A stretch of 64,000 nucleotides of DNA, taken from assembly GCA_964657625.1 (NCBI GenBank), contig CAZZVN010000008.1, positions 4,639-68,638 on the forward strand. Reading direction: 5' to 3'. Positions 33,754 to 43,743 of the stretch are shown piece after piece (position 1 is the stretch's first letter; each line of letters opens with the position of its first letter). This DNA comes from an uncultured Steroidobacteraceae bacterium. GTDB lineage: Bacteria > Pseudomonadota > Gammaproteobacteria > Steroidobacterales > Steroidobacteraceae. The position numbers and the translations under genes were made by a program. Below the pieces are notes generated by a model that worked only from the letters and a program-made list of their open reading frames with translations, was not told the origin of the DNA and searched no databases.

Positions 33754-34093
33754 GATAGGTCGAGTAGCTCCAGGGCGAGACGAGCAACGGCACGTGATAA
33801 TTCTGCGACGGGTCCGCGATGCCGAACGCGATCACCACCTCGTCCAGGAACGGCGGCTCGGGCAGGCTCACCTCGAGGGCGCGAAAATAGGCGGCGACGT
33901 GAAACGTCAACGCATAGCGCCCGGCACGCAATCCGGTCCCGTGCAGCAGCGGCGCCGCGCAGCGTCCATCCGCGTTGGTGCGTGCGTCGACCGACGGCTC
34001 CGACGCCGCGCTCAGACAGCGCAGCTCCAGCCGCATCCCGGCTGCCGGGCACCCCGTGGCAATGTTCAAGACATGTGTGGTCAGCGTCGCCAT
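33743..34093 (-). CDS. uraH: 5-hydroxyisourate hydrolase (transthyretin-like)
   Basis: 116 aa. LTTHVLNIATGCPAAGM...TNADGRC...GRYALTFHVAAYF...FLDEVVIAFGIAD...HYHVPLLVSPWSYSTYRGS carries the diagnostic C-terminal YRGS. Confidence 0.9.
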   Translation of the reverse strand: MATLTTHVLNIATGCPAAGMRLELRCLSAASEPSVDARTNADGRCAAPLLHGTGLRAGRYALTFHVAAYFRALEVSLPEPPFLDEVVIAFGIADPSQNYHVPLLVSPWSYSTYRGS

Positions 34094-34141
34094 CGCACCT
34101 CGCTCTGCGTCAACAGTACAACATGTCGTTTCAGGATGGGC

Positions 34142-34154
34142 GCGCAATTTGCGC
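34142..34154. promoter_or_regulatory. Perfect 6-1-6 palindrome GCGCAA-T-TTGCGC in the divergent uraH / binding-protein intergenic region
   Basis: Read directly. On the minus strand GGGTGCG-CAAA-TTGCG (34143-34158) also has GG and GC at the spacing of a sigma-54 -24/-12 element, about 50 nt upstream of the uraH ATG. Confidence 0.3.
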
Positions 34155-34222
34155 ACCCGACCCTGTTGCGTTGCGCGGTTCGCTTGTGCATTCTCGTGTG
34201 CTACAACCGAGGACGTGAACTC

Positions 34223-35350
34223 ATGAGACAGGGGCGGTCGCTGCGGCGTGTCTTGGCAATGCTGCGTGCAGCGCGGTGGCCGGGCGTCGCCCTGATGTCG
34301 GGAGCCGCCCTGATGTCCGGAGGCGTGGCCGTGGCGGCTGCCGAGGAGCCGGTCAAGGTTGCGTTCGTCTACGTCGAGCCGGTCGGCGACACCGGCTGGT
34401 CGTACCAGCATGATCTGGCACGCCGTGAGATCGAACGGGTGCTGGGCCCGGGGGTGAAAACGACGTATGTCGAAGGCGTCCCGGCGACGGCCGATGCCGA
34501 ACGGGTGATCCGTCAGCTGGCGATGGCCGGCAATCAAATCATCTTCACCACGTCCTTCGGCTACATGGAACCCACCTTGCGCGTGGCGAAACTTTTTCCC
34601 AAGGTGAAGTTCGAGCATGCCACCGGCTACAAGACCGCGCCCAACGTCGTGACCTACCAGACGCGGTTCTACGAAGGCGCCTACCTGCTCGGCGTGCTGG
34701 CGGGGCGCACCACGAAATCGAACACGCTGGGTTTCGTGGGCTCGTTTCCCATCCCCGAGGTGATCCGCAACCTGGATGCTTTCACGCTGGGGGCGCGCAG
34801 CGTCAATCCGAAGATCATCACCAAGGTGATCTGGGTCGACACCTGGTATGACCCCGGCAAGGAGCGACAGGCGGCCGAAGCGTTGATCGCGCAGGGTGCG
34901 GACGTGCTCGGCCAGAACACCGATTCGCCCGCGACGCTGCAGGTGGCGGAACAACACGGTGTGCACGGCTTCGGCTGGGATGCCGACATGAGCAAGTACG
35001 GGCCGCACGCACAACTCACCGCCAATACCGAAAACTGGGCGGACTACTACATCGACGAGGTCCGCAAGGTGATGGCGGGGACGTGGACCGGCGGACGCCA
35101 GGTGGCGGAGGGCATCAAGGAGAACATGGTGGCGCTGGCGCCGCTCAACAAATCCGTGCCGGCCGACGTGGCGCGTCAGTTCGAGGAGAAAAAACATGCC
35201 ATCGCCGACGGTTCGCTGGTGCCGTTCGCCGGTCCGCTCAAGGACAATGTCGGGGTGCTCAAGGTGGCCGCGGGTGCTGCGCTGACCCAGGAGCAGCTCA
35301 AGTCGATCGACTGGTACGTCGAGGGCATCGACGGGACCCTGCCGAAGTGA
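34223..35350 (+). CDS. BMP-family ABC transporter substrate-binding protein (purine/nucleoside type)
   Basis: Signal MRQGRSLRRVLAMLRAARWPGVALMSGAALMSGGVAVAAA. KVAFVYVEPVGDTGWSYQHD...IIFTTSFGYMEP...FEHATGY...LGFVGSFPIPEV...VIWVDTWYDP is the BMP/PnrA-like pattern. Confidence 0.85.
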   Translation: MRQGRSLRRVLAMLRAARWPGVALMSGAALMSGGVAVAAAEEPVKVAFVYVEPVGDTGWSYQHDLARREIERVLGPGVKTTYVEGVPATADAERVIRQLAMAGNQIIFTTSFGYMEPTLRVAKLFPKVKFEHATGYKTAPNVVTYQTRFYEGAYLLGVLAGRTTKSNTLGFVGSFPIPEVIRNLDAFTLGARSVNPKIITKVIWVDTWYDPGKERQAAEALIAQGADVLGQNTDSPATLQVAEQHGVHGFGWDADMSKYGPHAQLTANTENWADYYIDEVRKVMAGTWTGGRQVAEGIKENMVALAPLNKSVPADVARQFEEKKHAIADGSLVPFAGPLKDNVGVLKVAAGAALTQEQLKSIDWYVEGIDGTLPK

Positions 35351-36177
35351 GTACGGCGGGCTGGCACGCGGAACTCGATCTGTCGTTCAGCCGTCGCGCG
35401 GCCCGGACCGTGCTGTCCGGCAACCGGCATCGCGGACCGCTGCAGGTGCAAAAGGCCTTGTATCCCGAGGGTGGGACGATCTGTCACGTCACGGTACTGC
35501 ATCCTCCCGGCGGAATCGCCGCCGGCGACGAACTTGCCATCCGCACCGTGCTGCAGGAGGGCGCGCATGCGTTGCTCACCACGCCGGGAGCGACCAAATG
35601 GTACCGTTCGGAAGACGCATGGGCGCGCCAGCACCTGCGGTTTTCGCTCGCGGAAGCTGCCGTCCTCGAATGGTTGCCGCGCGAGAATATTTTTTTCGAC
35701 CGATCGAACGTGTCGATGACGCTCGACGTGGATCTTGCCGAACGTGCGACCTATTTCGGGTGGGATATCTTCAGCTTCGGACGCCGCGCGGCCGGCGAGT
35801 CGTGGCGAGCGGGAAAGCTGCATATGCACACGCGGCTGCGGCGCGCCGGACGGCTGCTGTGGGCGGAGAATGCCGACGTCGAGGCGGGCAGCGGGTTTGC
35901 GCAATCGGCGGTGGGCCTCGCGCACCGTACCGTTGCCGGCACGTTCGTGGTCGCCGGGTGCGAGGTCGAGGAGGCGCTGCTCAAGGCGTGCCGCGACCGC
36001 AAAGCGTCGGGAGTGGCGGCACTCACCGGCATCACCCGGCTGCCAGGCGCGCTGATTGCGCGCTACCTCGGCAACTCGACCGAGGAGGCGTTCGCCTGGT
36101 TCACGCGGCTGTGGGAACTCCTGCGCGAGGGGCTGCTGAGCAAGACCGCGCACGCGCCGCGGGTGTGGGCATGCTGA
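35347..36177 (+). CDS. ureD: Urease accessory protein UreD
   Basis: GTG 35347 overlaps the binding-protein stop (GTGA). WHAELDLSFSRR..RTVL...GPLQVQKALYPEG...CHVTVLHPPGGIAAGDEL...LTTPGATKWYRS is UreD/UreH-like. Confidence 0.85.
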   Translation: MSTAGWHAELDLSFSRRAARTVLSGNRHRGPLQVQKALYPEGGTICHVTVLHPPGGIAAGDELAIRTVLQEGAHALLTTPGATKWYRSEDAWARQHLRFSLAEAAVLEWLPRENIFFDRSNVSMTLDVDLAERATYFGWDIFSFGRRAAGESWRAGKLHMHTRLRRAGRLLWAENADVEAGSGFAQSAVGLAHRTVAGTFVVAGCEVEEALLKACRDRKASGVAALTGITRLPGALIARYLGNSTEEAFAWFTRLWELLREGLLSKTAHAPRVWAC

Positions 36178-36232
36178 GGGCGGCGCCATGGAGTGAGTGC
36201 GCGGCCATGGAGCTGAGGGCGACACCGTGGAA
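36175..36232 (+). repeat. Three tandem, diverged copies of a 19-20 bp unit (Shine-Dalgarno plus start codon) spanning the ureD-ureA junction
   Basis: TGAGGGCGGCGCCATGGAG / TGAGTGCGCGGCCATGGAG / (C)TGAGGGCGACACCGTGGAA, read directly. The third copy is the real ureA start. Confidence 0.85.
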
Positions 36233-36529
36233 CTGACGCCGCGCGAGAAGGACAAGCTGCTCATCTTCACGGCGTCGTTGCTCGCCGAACGACGCCGGGC
36301 GCGCGGGCTGAAGCTGAACTACCCCGAGGCGGTCGCGTTCATCACGGCGGCCATCATCGAGGGTGCGCGTGACGGCAGGACGGTGGCCGAACTCATGAGC
36401 CATGGCCGGTCCCTGCTGTCGCGCGACGACGTGATGGACGGCATCGCGGAGATGATCACCGAGATCCAGGTGGAAGCCACGTTTCCGGACGGCACGAAAT
36501 TGATCACCGTCCACCATCCCATCATTTGA
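36227..36529 (+). CDS. ureA: Urease gamma subunit
   Basis: (M)[38 protein letters not shown]...[18 protein letters not shown] start with GAGGG 6 nt upstream. Confidence 0.95.
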   Translation: MELTPREKDKLLIFTASLLAERRRARGLKLNYPEAVAFITAAIIEGARDGRTVAELMSHGRSLLSRDDVMDGIAEMITEIQVEATFPDGTKLITVHHPII

Positions 36530-36536
36530 GGCGCCG

Positions 36537-36842
36537 ATGATCCCCGGTGAAATCCTGGTCGCGGAGGGCGAGATCATCTTGAACGCCGGCCGGCGGACGC
36601 TCACCCTGCAGGTCGAGAACACCGGCGACCGCCCCATCCAGGTCGGCTCGCACTATCACTTCCACGAGACCAACTCGAGTCTGCGCTTCGACCGCGAAGC
36701 GTGCCGCGGCTACCGGCTGGACGTCGCGGCAGGCACGGCGGTGCGCTTCGAACCGGGCCAGGGGCGCACGGTGCAACTGGTCGAATACGGCGGTGCGCGC
36801 CGGGTGTTCGGCTTCCAGGGCAAGATCATGGGGGATTTGTAG
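36537..36842 (+). CDS. ureB: Urease beta subunit
   Basis: [19 protein letters not shown]...[38 protein letters not shown]. Confidence 0.95.
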   Translation: MIPGEILVAEGEIILNAGRRTLTLQVENTGDRPIQVGSHYHFHETNSSLRFDREACRGYRLDVAAGTAVRFEPGQGRTVQLVEYGGARRVFGFQGKIMGDL

Positions 36843-36843
36843 C

Positions 36844-38547
36844 GTGTCGGTGAAGATCGGCCGGCAGGCCTATGCCGAAATGTTCGGACCCACCGTGGGT
36901 GACCGCGTGCGGCTCGCCGACACCGCCTTGATCATCGAGGTGGAGCGGGACCTCACGGTGTACGGCGAGGAAGTGAAGTTCGGCGGCGGCAAGGTGATTC
37001 GCGACGGCATGGGCCAGGGCCAGGGCGTGAGCGCGCTGGTCGCGGACACGGTGATCACCAACGCGCTCATCGTCGATCACTGGGGCATCGTCAAGGCCGA
37101 CGTGGGGCTCAAGGAGGGACACATCTGGAAGATCGGCAAGGCCGGCAATCCGGACGTGCAGTCCGGCGTCACCATCGCCATCGGGGCGGCCACCGAAATC
37201 ATCGCCGGCGAGGGGATGATATTGACGGCCGGCGGCATCGACACGCACATCCATTTCATCTGTCCGCAGCAGATCGACGAAGCCCTGGTGTCCGGCGTCA
37301 CCACCATGATCGGCGGCGGCACAGGACCCGCGGCGGGCACCAGCGCCACCACCTGTACGCCCGGCCCCTGGCACATCCACAGCATGCTGCTGGCGGCGGA
37401 AGGCTTCCCCATGAATCTCGGCTTCCTCGGCAAGGGCAACGTCAGCGTCCCCGAGCCGGCGCGCGAACAGATCCGCGCCGGGGCGGTCGGCCTCAAACTG
37501 CACGAGGACTGGGGCACCACGCCGGCCGCGATCGACAACTGCCTCGCCGTCGCCGACGAACTCGACGTGCAGGTGGCCATTCACACCGACACGCTCAACG
37601 AATCGGGATTCCTCGAAGCCACCGTGGCGGCCATCGGCGGGCGCACCATCCATACCTTCCACACCGAAGGCGCGGGCGGTGGCCACGCTCCCGACATCCT
37701 CAGGATCGCCTCGCACGGCAACGTGCTGCCGAGTTCCACCAATCCCACCCGTCCCTACACCATCAACACCGTCGACGAGCACCTCGACATGCTGATGGTG
37801 TGCCATCACCTCGATGCCGGCATCGCGGAGGATGTGGCTTTCGCCGAGTCGCGCATCCGCCGCGAGACCATCGCCGCGGAGGATGTGCTGCACGACATCG
37901 GCGCGTTCTCGATGATGTCCTCTGACTCGCAGGCCATGGGCCGGGTCGGCGAGGTCATCATCCGCACCTGGCAGACCGCGCACAAGATGCGTGAAGTGCG
38001 CGGCTCCTTGCGCGAGGACGACATGCGGCACGACAACTTCCGGGTCAAGCGCTACGTGGCGAAGTACACGATCAATCCGGCCATTGCCCACGGTGTCGCG
38101 CATCTCGTCGGCTCGGTGGAGGCCGGCAAGCTCGCCGACCTCGTGCTGTGGAAGCCGGCCTTCTTCGGTGTGAAACCCAGCATGATCCTGAAAGGCGGCA
38201 TGATCGCCGCGGCCCCCATGGGCGATCCGAATGCATCCATCCCGACACCGCAGCCCTCGCACTACCGGCCGATGTTCGGTGCTTTCGGCCGCGCGCTCGA
38301 GAAATGCGTGACCTTCGTGTCGCAGGCCGCCTTGAGCGATCCGAAGTTCCAGCAACTGGGTCTGCGCCGTCGGATCGAGCCTGTTAAAAATACGCGCCGC
38401 GTCCGCAAGGAGGACATGATCCACAACGGCGCACGGCCGCAGCTCGAGGTCGACCCGGAGACCTATGCGGTGCGGGCCGACGGCGAACTGCTGACGTGCG
38501 AGCCGGCGGTCACGCTGCCGATGACACAACGCTATTTTTTGTTTTGA
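36844..38547 (+). CDS. ureC: Urease alpha (catalytic) subunit
   Basis: GTG start. [18 protein letters not shown]...[14 protein letters not shown]...[12 protein letters not shown]...[11 protein letters not shown]...[16 protein letters not shown]...MVCHHL...[12 protein letters not shown]. Confidence 0.95.
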   Translation: MSVKIGRQAYAEMFGPTVGDRVRLADTALIIEVERDLTVYGEEVKFGGGKVIRDGMGQGQGVSALVADTVITNALIVDHWGIVKADVGLKEGHIWKIGKAGNPDVQSGVTIAIGAATEIIAGEGMILTAGGIDTHIHFICPQQIDEALVSGVTTMIGGGTGPAAGTSATTCTPGPWHIHSMLLAAEGFPMNLGFLGKGNVSVPEPAREQIRAGAVGLKLHEDWGTTPAAIDNCLAVADELDVQVAIHTDTLNESGFLEATVAAIGGRTIHTFHTEGAGGGHAPDILRIASHGNVLPSSTNPTRPYTINTVDEHLDMLMVCHHLDAGIAEDVAFAESRIRRETIAAEDVLHDIGAFSMMSSDSQAMGRVGEVIIRTWQTAHKMREVRGSLREDDMRHDNFRVKRYVAKYTINPAIAHGVAHLVGSVEAGKLADLVLWKPAFFGVKPSMILKGGMIAAAPMGDPNASIPTPQPSHYRPMFGAFGRALEKCVTFVSQAALSDPKFQQLGLRRRIEPVKNTRRVRKEDMIHNGARPQLEVDPETYAVRADGELLTCEPAVTLPMTQRYFLF

Positions 38548-38557
38548 GGACGAGGCC

Positions 38558-39004
38558 ATGTCACTGCGCGCTTCGTTGACGTTCGATGCCCGCTGCAGGG
38601 GTCGGCTGCGGGTGCGCCTGGACAACGGCGACGAGACCACCCTGCTCGTCGAACGGGGCCGGGTGTTGCGGGACGGCGAGCGCGTACATTGCGAGGACGG
38701 CCGTGAGGTCGAAATCGTGTCGGCCGCGGAGCCCCTGCTCGAAGCGCTCAGCGACGATGCGTTGCTGATCGCGAAGGCGGCCTATCATCTCGGCAACCGG
38801 CACGTTGCGGTGCAGCTGCTGCCCGACCGCATCAGGCTGCTGGAAGATCACGTGCTGGCGCGGATGCTGACGGGGATGGGCCTCGAGGTGCAGGCGCTCA
38901 GCGCGGCCTTCGAACCCGAGGGCGGGGCCTACGGGCACAGCCATGCCCATGCGGGTCATGCAGCGGCGCTCCTGCCGAAGATCCATGCGTTTTCCTCGGT
39001 CTGA
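38558..39004 (+). CDS. ureE: Urease accessory protein UreE
   Basis: 148 aa. ..AAYHLGNRHVAVQL...LEDHVL..ML...G and a His-rich tail GHSHAHAGH. Confidence 0.85.
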   Translation: MSLRASLTFDARCRGRLRVRLDNGDETTLLVERGRVLRDGERVHCEDGREVEIVSAAEPLLEALSDDALLIAKAAYHLGNRHVAVQLLPDRIRLLEDHVLARMLTGMGLEVQALSAAFEPEGGAYGHSHAHAGHAAALLPKIHAFSSV

Positions 39005-39006
39005 TC

Positions 39007-39678
39007 GTGCTGGCGCGTCTTCGACTCATGCAGATGACCAGCCAGGCGTTTCCGATCGGCGGCTACAGTCATTCGTACGGTTTCGAGTCGGCCATCGAGG
39101 ACGGGACGGTCGATGGCGAGGCGACGGTGCGGCGTTGGATCGGCGACGTCCTGGCCTTCTCGATGTGCACCTATGAAATCCCGCTGCTGTTCAAGATGAG
39201 CGAGGCATGGGCGGCGCAGGATGTCGCCGCGTTGTCGTCGCTCAACGAGGAGTTCCTCGCCACCCGTGAGGCGGCTGAGCTGCGTGCCGCCACCGTGCAG
39301 ATGGGGTATTCGTTGCACAAGCTGCTCGACGTGCTGCCGACGCTGCCGGATTTTTTGCGGCACACGCTGCGGACCATGGAAGAGCCCAGCCTGCCGTGTG
39401 CGTGGAGCGGTGTCGCGCAGGCGTGGGGAATCGCGTCGAGCGACTCGGCGGCCGCGTATCTGTGGACCTGGGCGGAGAACCAGGTGCTGGTGGCCATGAA
39501 AGCCGTGCCCCTCGGCCAATCCGCCGGTCAGCGCGTGCTGCTGCAGGTGGGGGAACTCATCGCGACGTGGCTGGCGGGACCGTTCGGAGAAGCCGGCGCG
39601 TGCTCGAATTTCGCCCCGGGCCTCGCCATCCTGTGCGCGCGGCACGAGACTCAGTACTCCCGTCTGTTCAGGTCCTGA
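39007..39678 (+). CDS. ureF: Urease accessory protein UreF
   Basis: GTG start. [27 protein letters not shown]...[18 protein letters not shown]. Confidence 0.9.
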   Translation: MLARLRLMQMTSQAFPIGGYSHSYGFESAIEDGTVDGEATVRRWIGDVLAFSMCTYEIPLLFKMSEAWAAQDVAALSSLNEEFLATREAAELRAATVQMGYSLHKLLDVLPTLPDFLRHTLRTMEEPSLPCAWSGVAQAWGIASSDSAAAYLWTWAENQVLVAMKAVPLGQSAGQRVLLQVGELIATWLAGPFGEAGACSNFAPGLAILCARHETQYSRLFRS

Positions 39679-39680
39679 CG

Positions 39681-40286
39681 ATGCAACACTCGTCGCCGTT
39701 GCGCGTCGGAATAGGCGGACCGGTGGGGTCGGGCAAGACCGCGCTCACCCTGTCGCTGTGCCTCGCGCTGCGTGACCGCTACGAAGTGGCCGTGGTCACG
39801 AACGACATCTACACCGAGGAAGACGCGCAGTTCCTGGTGCGCAACCAGGCGCTCGTGCCGGAACGCATCCTCGGCGTCGAGACCGGCGGCTGTCCGCACA
39901 CGGCCATTCGTGAAGATGCGTCCATCAATCTGGAGGCCGTGTCGCGGCTGAGCCAGCGCTTTCCACACCTCCACGTGGTCTTCGTCGAGAGCGGCGGGGA
40001 CAACCTGGCGGCCACCTTCAGCCCGGAACTCTCGGACCTCACGCTGTATGTCATCGACGTCGCAGCCGGCGACAAGATTCCGCGCAAGGGAGGTCCCGGC
40101 ATCACGAAGTCCGATCTGCTGGTCATCAACAAGATCGATCTTGCCCCCTACGTCGGCGCCTCGCTGGAGGTGATGGACCGGGACGCGAAGCGCATGCGCG
40201 GCGAGCGGCCGTTCGTGTTCACGGACCTCAAAAAAGGCTACAACCTGGGTGTGATCGTCGAGTTCATCGAGCAGCATCTGCGTTGA
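39681..40286 (+). CDS. ureG: Urease accessory GTPase UreG
   Basis: [16 protein letters not shown]...[12 protein letters not shown]...[13 protein letters not shown]...ESGGDNL...[15 protein letters not shown]. Confidence 0.95.
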   Translation: MQHSSPLRVGIGGPVGSGKTALTLSLCLALRDRYEVAVVTNDIYTEEDAQFLVRNQALVPERILGVETGGCPHTAIREDASINLEAVSRLSQRFPHLHVVFVESGGDNLAATFSPELSDLTLYVIDVAAGDKIPRKGGPGITKSDLLVINKIDLAPYVGASLEVMDRDAKRMRGERPFVFTDLKKGYNLGVIVEFIEQHLR

Positions 40287-42159
40287 CGGGCGGCTGCGCC
40301 GTAGCGCAGATGCGTATCAGCAGAACGTCCTCCGCCACCTGATCGCCCTGCGCCACGGTCAGTTCGGCGACGGTGCCGTCGAACGGCGCCAGCAGGGCAT
40401 GCTCCATCTTCATCGCTTCGAGGGCGAGCAGCGGCGTGCCGCGAACCACCCGGTCGCCCGCCGCGACCGACACGCTGACGATGCGGCCCGGCATGGGCGA
40501 ACGCATCACGCCGTCCGCGACGGCGATCCCGTCCGTGGCCCGCTCGCTGGTGGGAACGCCGACGCGCCACGCGGCGCCGTTTTGAAACAGCACCCGTTCC
40601 CCATCGATCTCGACCATCCGCGGCGGCGCGATCGACAGATCGAGGGTCGCCGTGTGAACCCGGTCGCCGATGGCGACGGCCACCCGGGATTGCGCCGCTG
40701 CCGCGGAGCGAAAACCGACCAGCGCCGCCCAGGGGTCCGCCCGGTCCGCACTCACCAGTGCCCGTGCCGCGGCCTGAACCAGGGCCGCATCGGGTTCGGC
40801 GGGCGGAATCAGGGCCGCTGCGTGCCGTTCGATGAAGCCGGTGTCCACCTCACCGGCGACGAAGGCGGGTGCGGCGGCCAGACGCGCCAGGAACGCAGCG
40901 TTGGTGCGCACCGGCCACACCTCCACGGCGCCGCAGGCGGCGGCGAGCGCGCGAGCGGCTGCGCGGCGATCGGTTCCGTGGACGATCAACTTGGCCAGCA
41001 TCGGGTCGTAGAAAGCGGTGACCTCATCGTCCGCCTCGACGCCGCTGTCGACCCGGATGCCGTCGGGCAGCCGCAGGTGCCGCAGACGCCCCGTGGACGG
41101 CAGGAATCCGGTGGTGGGGTTCTCGGCGTAGAGACGTGCCTCCATGGCCCAGCCCGCCATGGTGAGTTCCTCCTGGCGTCGTGGCAGCCGTTCGCCGGCC
41201 GCCACCCGCAGCTGCCATTCCACCAGGTCCAGACCCGTGATCGCCTCGGTCACCGGATGCTCGACCTGCAGCCGGGTGTTCATCTCCATGAACCAGATGC
41301 GATCCGCGTGCAGACCCTGCGAGGCGTCGGCAATGAACTCCACCGTACCCGCCCCGACATAGTTGACCGCCGCCGCCGCGCGTACTGCCACCTTGCACAG
41401 AGAGTCGCGCGTGACGGGGTCCATGCCGGGCGCCGGCGCCTCTTCGATGACCTTCTGATGACGGCGCTGCAACGAGCAGTCGCGTTCGAACAGATGGACG
41501 ATCTGGCCGTGCGTGTCGCCGAACACCTGTACTTCCAGGTGGCGCGGTGACGGGATGTATTTTTCCAGCAGCACGCGGTCGTCGCCGAACGCCGCGAGCG
41601 CTTCCCGCCGGCAGGAATTCAGGGCGTCCTCGAAGGCCGCCGGTCCTTCCACGCGGCGCATGCCCCGGCCGCCGCCACCGGCGACCGCCTTGATGAGCAC
41701 GGGATAACCGATCGATTGCGCTTCATGCGCGAGCCGCTGCGGGTGCTGGTCGTCGCCAAGATACCCGGGTGTGACCGGCACGCCGGCCTGCATCATGAGC
41801 CGCTTGGCGGCATCCTTCAGCCCCATCGCGCGGATGGCGGCGGGAGGCGCGCCGATCCAGACCAATCCGGCGGCGACCGCGGCCTCGGCGAAGGCGGCGT
41901 TCTCCGACAGAAAGCCATAGCCGGGATGGATCGCGGCCGCGCCGCTCGAGCGCGCGGCGGCCAGCAGCCTGGGCACCGACAGGTAGCTTTCGCCGGCCGG
42001 CGCAGGGCCGATCGCGACCGCGTCGTCGGCCTCGCGAACGAAGGGCGCCTGCGCATCGGCCTGTGAATACACCGCGATGGAACGCAGCCCGAGGCGGCGT
42101 ACGGTGCGGATGATGCGGCGCGCGATTTCGCCGCGGTTCGCGATCAGCACGGAGTCCAT
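40264..42159 (-). CDS. mccA: 3-methylcrotonoyl-CoA carboxylase alpha subunit (biotin carboxylase plus BCCP)
   Basis: [19 protein letters not shown]..., ATP-grasp blocks, and the C-terminal biotinylation motif LEAMKMEH. Context with mccB and ivd. The 3' end overlaps ureG by 23 nt. Confidence 0.9.
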   Translation of the reverse strand: MDSVLIANRGEIARRIIRTVRRLGLRSIAVYSQADAQAPFVREADDAVAIGPAPAGESYLSVPRLLAAARSSGAAAIHPGYGFLSENAAFAEAAVAAGLVWIGAPPAAIRAMGLKDAAKRLMMQAGVPVTPGYLGDDQHPQRLAHEAQSIGYPVLIKAVAGGGGRGMRRVEGPAAFEDALNSCRREALAAFGDDRVLLEKYIPSPRHLEVQVFGDTHGQIVHLFERDCSLQRRHQKVIEEAPAPGMDPVTRDSLCKVAVRAAAAVNYVGAGTVEFIADASQGLHADRIWFMEMNTRLQVEHPVTEAITGLDLVEWQLRVAAGERLPRRQEELTMAGWAMEARLYAENPTTGFLPSTGRLRHLRLPDGIRVDSGVEADDEVTAFYDPMLAKLIVHGTDRRAAARALAAACGAVEVWPVRTNAAFLARLAAAPAFVAGEVDTGFIERHAAALIPPAEPDAALVQAAARALVSADRADPWAALVGFRSAAAAQSRVAVAIGDRVHTATLDLSIAPPRMVEIDGERVLFQNGAAWRVGVPTSERATDGIAVADGVMRSPMPGRIVSVSVAAGDRVVRGTPLLALEAMKMEHALLAPFDGTVAELTVAQGDQVAEDVLLIRICATAQPPVNADAAR

Positions 42160-42162
42160 GGT

Positions 42163-43743
42163 TTACATCCGGAACAGGCCGGCGATCGGCCGTTCGGGTA
42201 TGGGCATGTTCAGGGTCGCCGCGAAGGCCAGGCCGAGCACATCGCGGGTCTGAGCGGGGTCGATGATGCCGTCGTCCCACAATCGTGCCGTTGCGAAATA
42301 GGGATCGGCTTCTTTTTCATAGCCGGCACGTATCGGTGTCCTGAACGCGGTTTCCTCGTCCGCGCTCCAGGTCTCGCCGCGGGCTTCCAGCGCATCCCGC
42401 TTGATCGTCGCCATGACCGCGGCCGCCTGCTCACCTCCCATCACACCGATGCGGCTGTTCGGCCACGAGAACAGAAAACGTGGCGAATAGGCGCGGCCGG
42501 CCATGCCATAGTTGCCGGCCCCAAAACTGCCGCCGATGAGCAGCGTGATCTTGGGGACCGAGGCGGTGGCGACGGCGGTCACGAGTTTGGCACCATCCTT
42601 GGCGATGCCGCCGGCCTCGTATCTGCCGCCGACCATGAAGCCGGAAATGTTCTGCAGGAACAGCAGCGGCGTGCGGCGCTGACACGCGAGTTCGATGAAG
42701 TGCGTCCCTTTCAAGGCGCTTTCGGAAAACAGCACACCGTTGTTCGCCACTATGGCCACCGGAATACCCCAGAGATGCGCGAAAGCGCACACCAGCGTGG
42801 TGCCGTAGGCTGCCTTGAACTCGTGCACCGTGGAGTCGTCGACCAGGCGCTTGATGACCTCCCGTACGTCGTACGGTTCACGCACGTCGCGCGGGATGAC
42901 GTCGTACAGGCCGGCGGGGTCGAATCGCGGCGGCCGGGGCGTTCGCAGCTCGATGTCGCCGGGCTTGCGCCGGTTCAGACGGCCGACGATGTCGCGCACG
43001 ATGAGCAATGCGTGCACGTCGTTTTCCGCGATGTGATCGACGACGCCCGAGCGACGACCATGGGTGTCGGCGCCGCCGAGTTCTTCCGCGGAGATGACTT
43101 CACCGGTGGCGGCCTTCACCAACGGCGGACCGGCAAGAAAGATCGTGCCCTGGCCGCGCACGATCACGGTCTCGTCGGACATGGCGGGCACGTAGGCGCC
43201 GCCGGCCGTACAGCTGCCCATTACGCAGGCGATTTGTGCGATGCCCTGCGCCGACATGCGCGCCTGATTGAAAAAAATCCTGCCGAAGTGCTCCTGATCC
43301 GGAAACACGTCGGCTTGATAGGGCAGGTTGGCGCCTCCGGAATCGACCAGATAGAGGCAGGGCAGCCGGTTCTCCTCGGCAATCTTCTGCGCGCGCAGGT
43401 GTTTCTTGACCGTGAGCGGAAAATAAGCGCCGCCCTTCACCGTCGAATCGTTGGCCACGATCATCACTTCGCGGCCGCAGACGCGGCCGATACCGGCGAT
43501 GATGCCGGCCCCCGGCGCCTGCTCCTCGTACAGTCCGAACGCTGTGAGCTGACCGATCTCGAGGAACGGTGAACCGGGGTCGAGCAGGCCGTCGACGCGT
43601 TCACGCGGCAGGAGTTTGCCGCGGGCCCGATGCCGCTCGCGCACCGCCGGCGGTCCCCCCAGCGCCGCCGTCGCCACCCGTTGCCTGAGCAGTTCGGCCA
43701 GGGCCCGGTTGAAATCCGCATTGGAGGGGGTGGCGGGCGTCAT
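42163..43743 (-). CDS. mccB: 3-methylcrotonoyl-CoA carboxylase beta subunit (carboxyltransferase)
   Basis: 526 aa carboxyltransferase: [20 protein letters not shown]...[11 protein letters not shown]...[16 protein letters not shown]... Confidence 0.9.
   Translation of the reverse strand: MTPATPSNADFNRALAELLRQRVATAALGGPPAVRERHRARGKLLPRERVDGLLDPGSPFLEIGQLTAFGLYEEQAPGAGIIAGIGRVCGREVMIVANDSTVKGGAYFPLTVKKHLRAQKIAEENRLPCLYLVDSGGANLPYQADVFPDQEHFGRIFFNQARMSAQGIAQIACVMGSCTAGGAYVPAMSDETVIVRGQGTIFLAGPPLVKAATGEVISAEELGGADTHGRRSGVVDHIAENDVHALLIVRDIVGRLNRRKPGDIELRTPRPPRFDPAGLYDVIPRDVREPYDVREVIKRLVDDSTVHEFKAAYGTTLVCAFAHLWGIPVAIVANNGVLFSESALKGTHFIELACQRRTPLLFLQNISGFMVGGRYEAGGIAKDGAKLVTAVATASVPKITLLIGGSFGAGNYGMAGRAYSPRFLFSWPNSRIGVMGGEQAAAVMATIKRDALEARGETWSADEETAFRTPIRAGYEKEADPYFATARLWDDGIIDPAQTRDVLGLAFAATLNMPIPERPIAGLFRM

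Noticed and set aside
34176-34191. Sigma-54-like CGGTTCGCTTGTGCAT on the plus strand upstream of the binding-protein/urease operon.
   Set aside because: The GG-to-GC spacing is one nucleotide short of the strict -24/-12 geometry.
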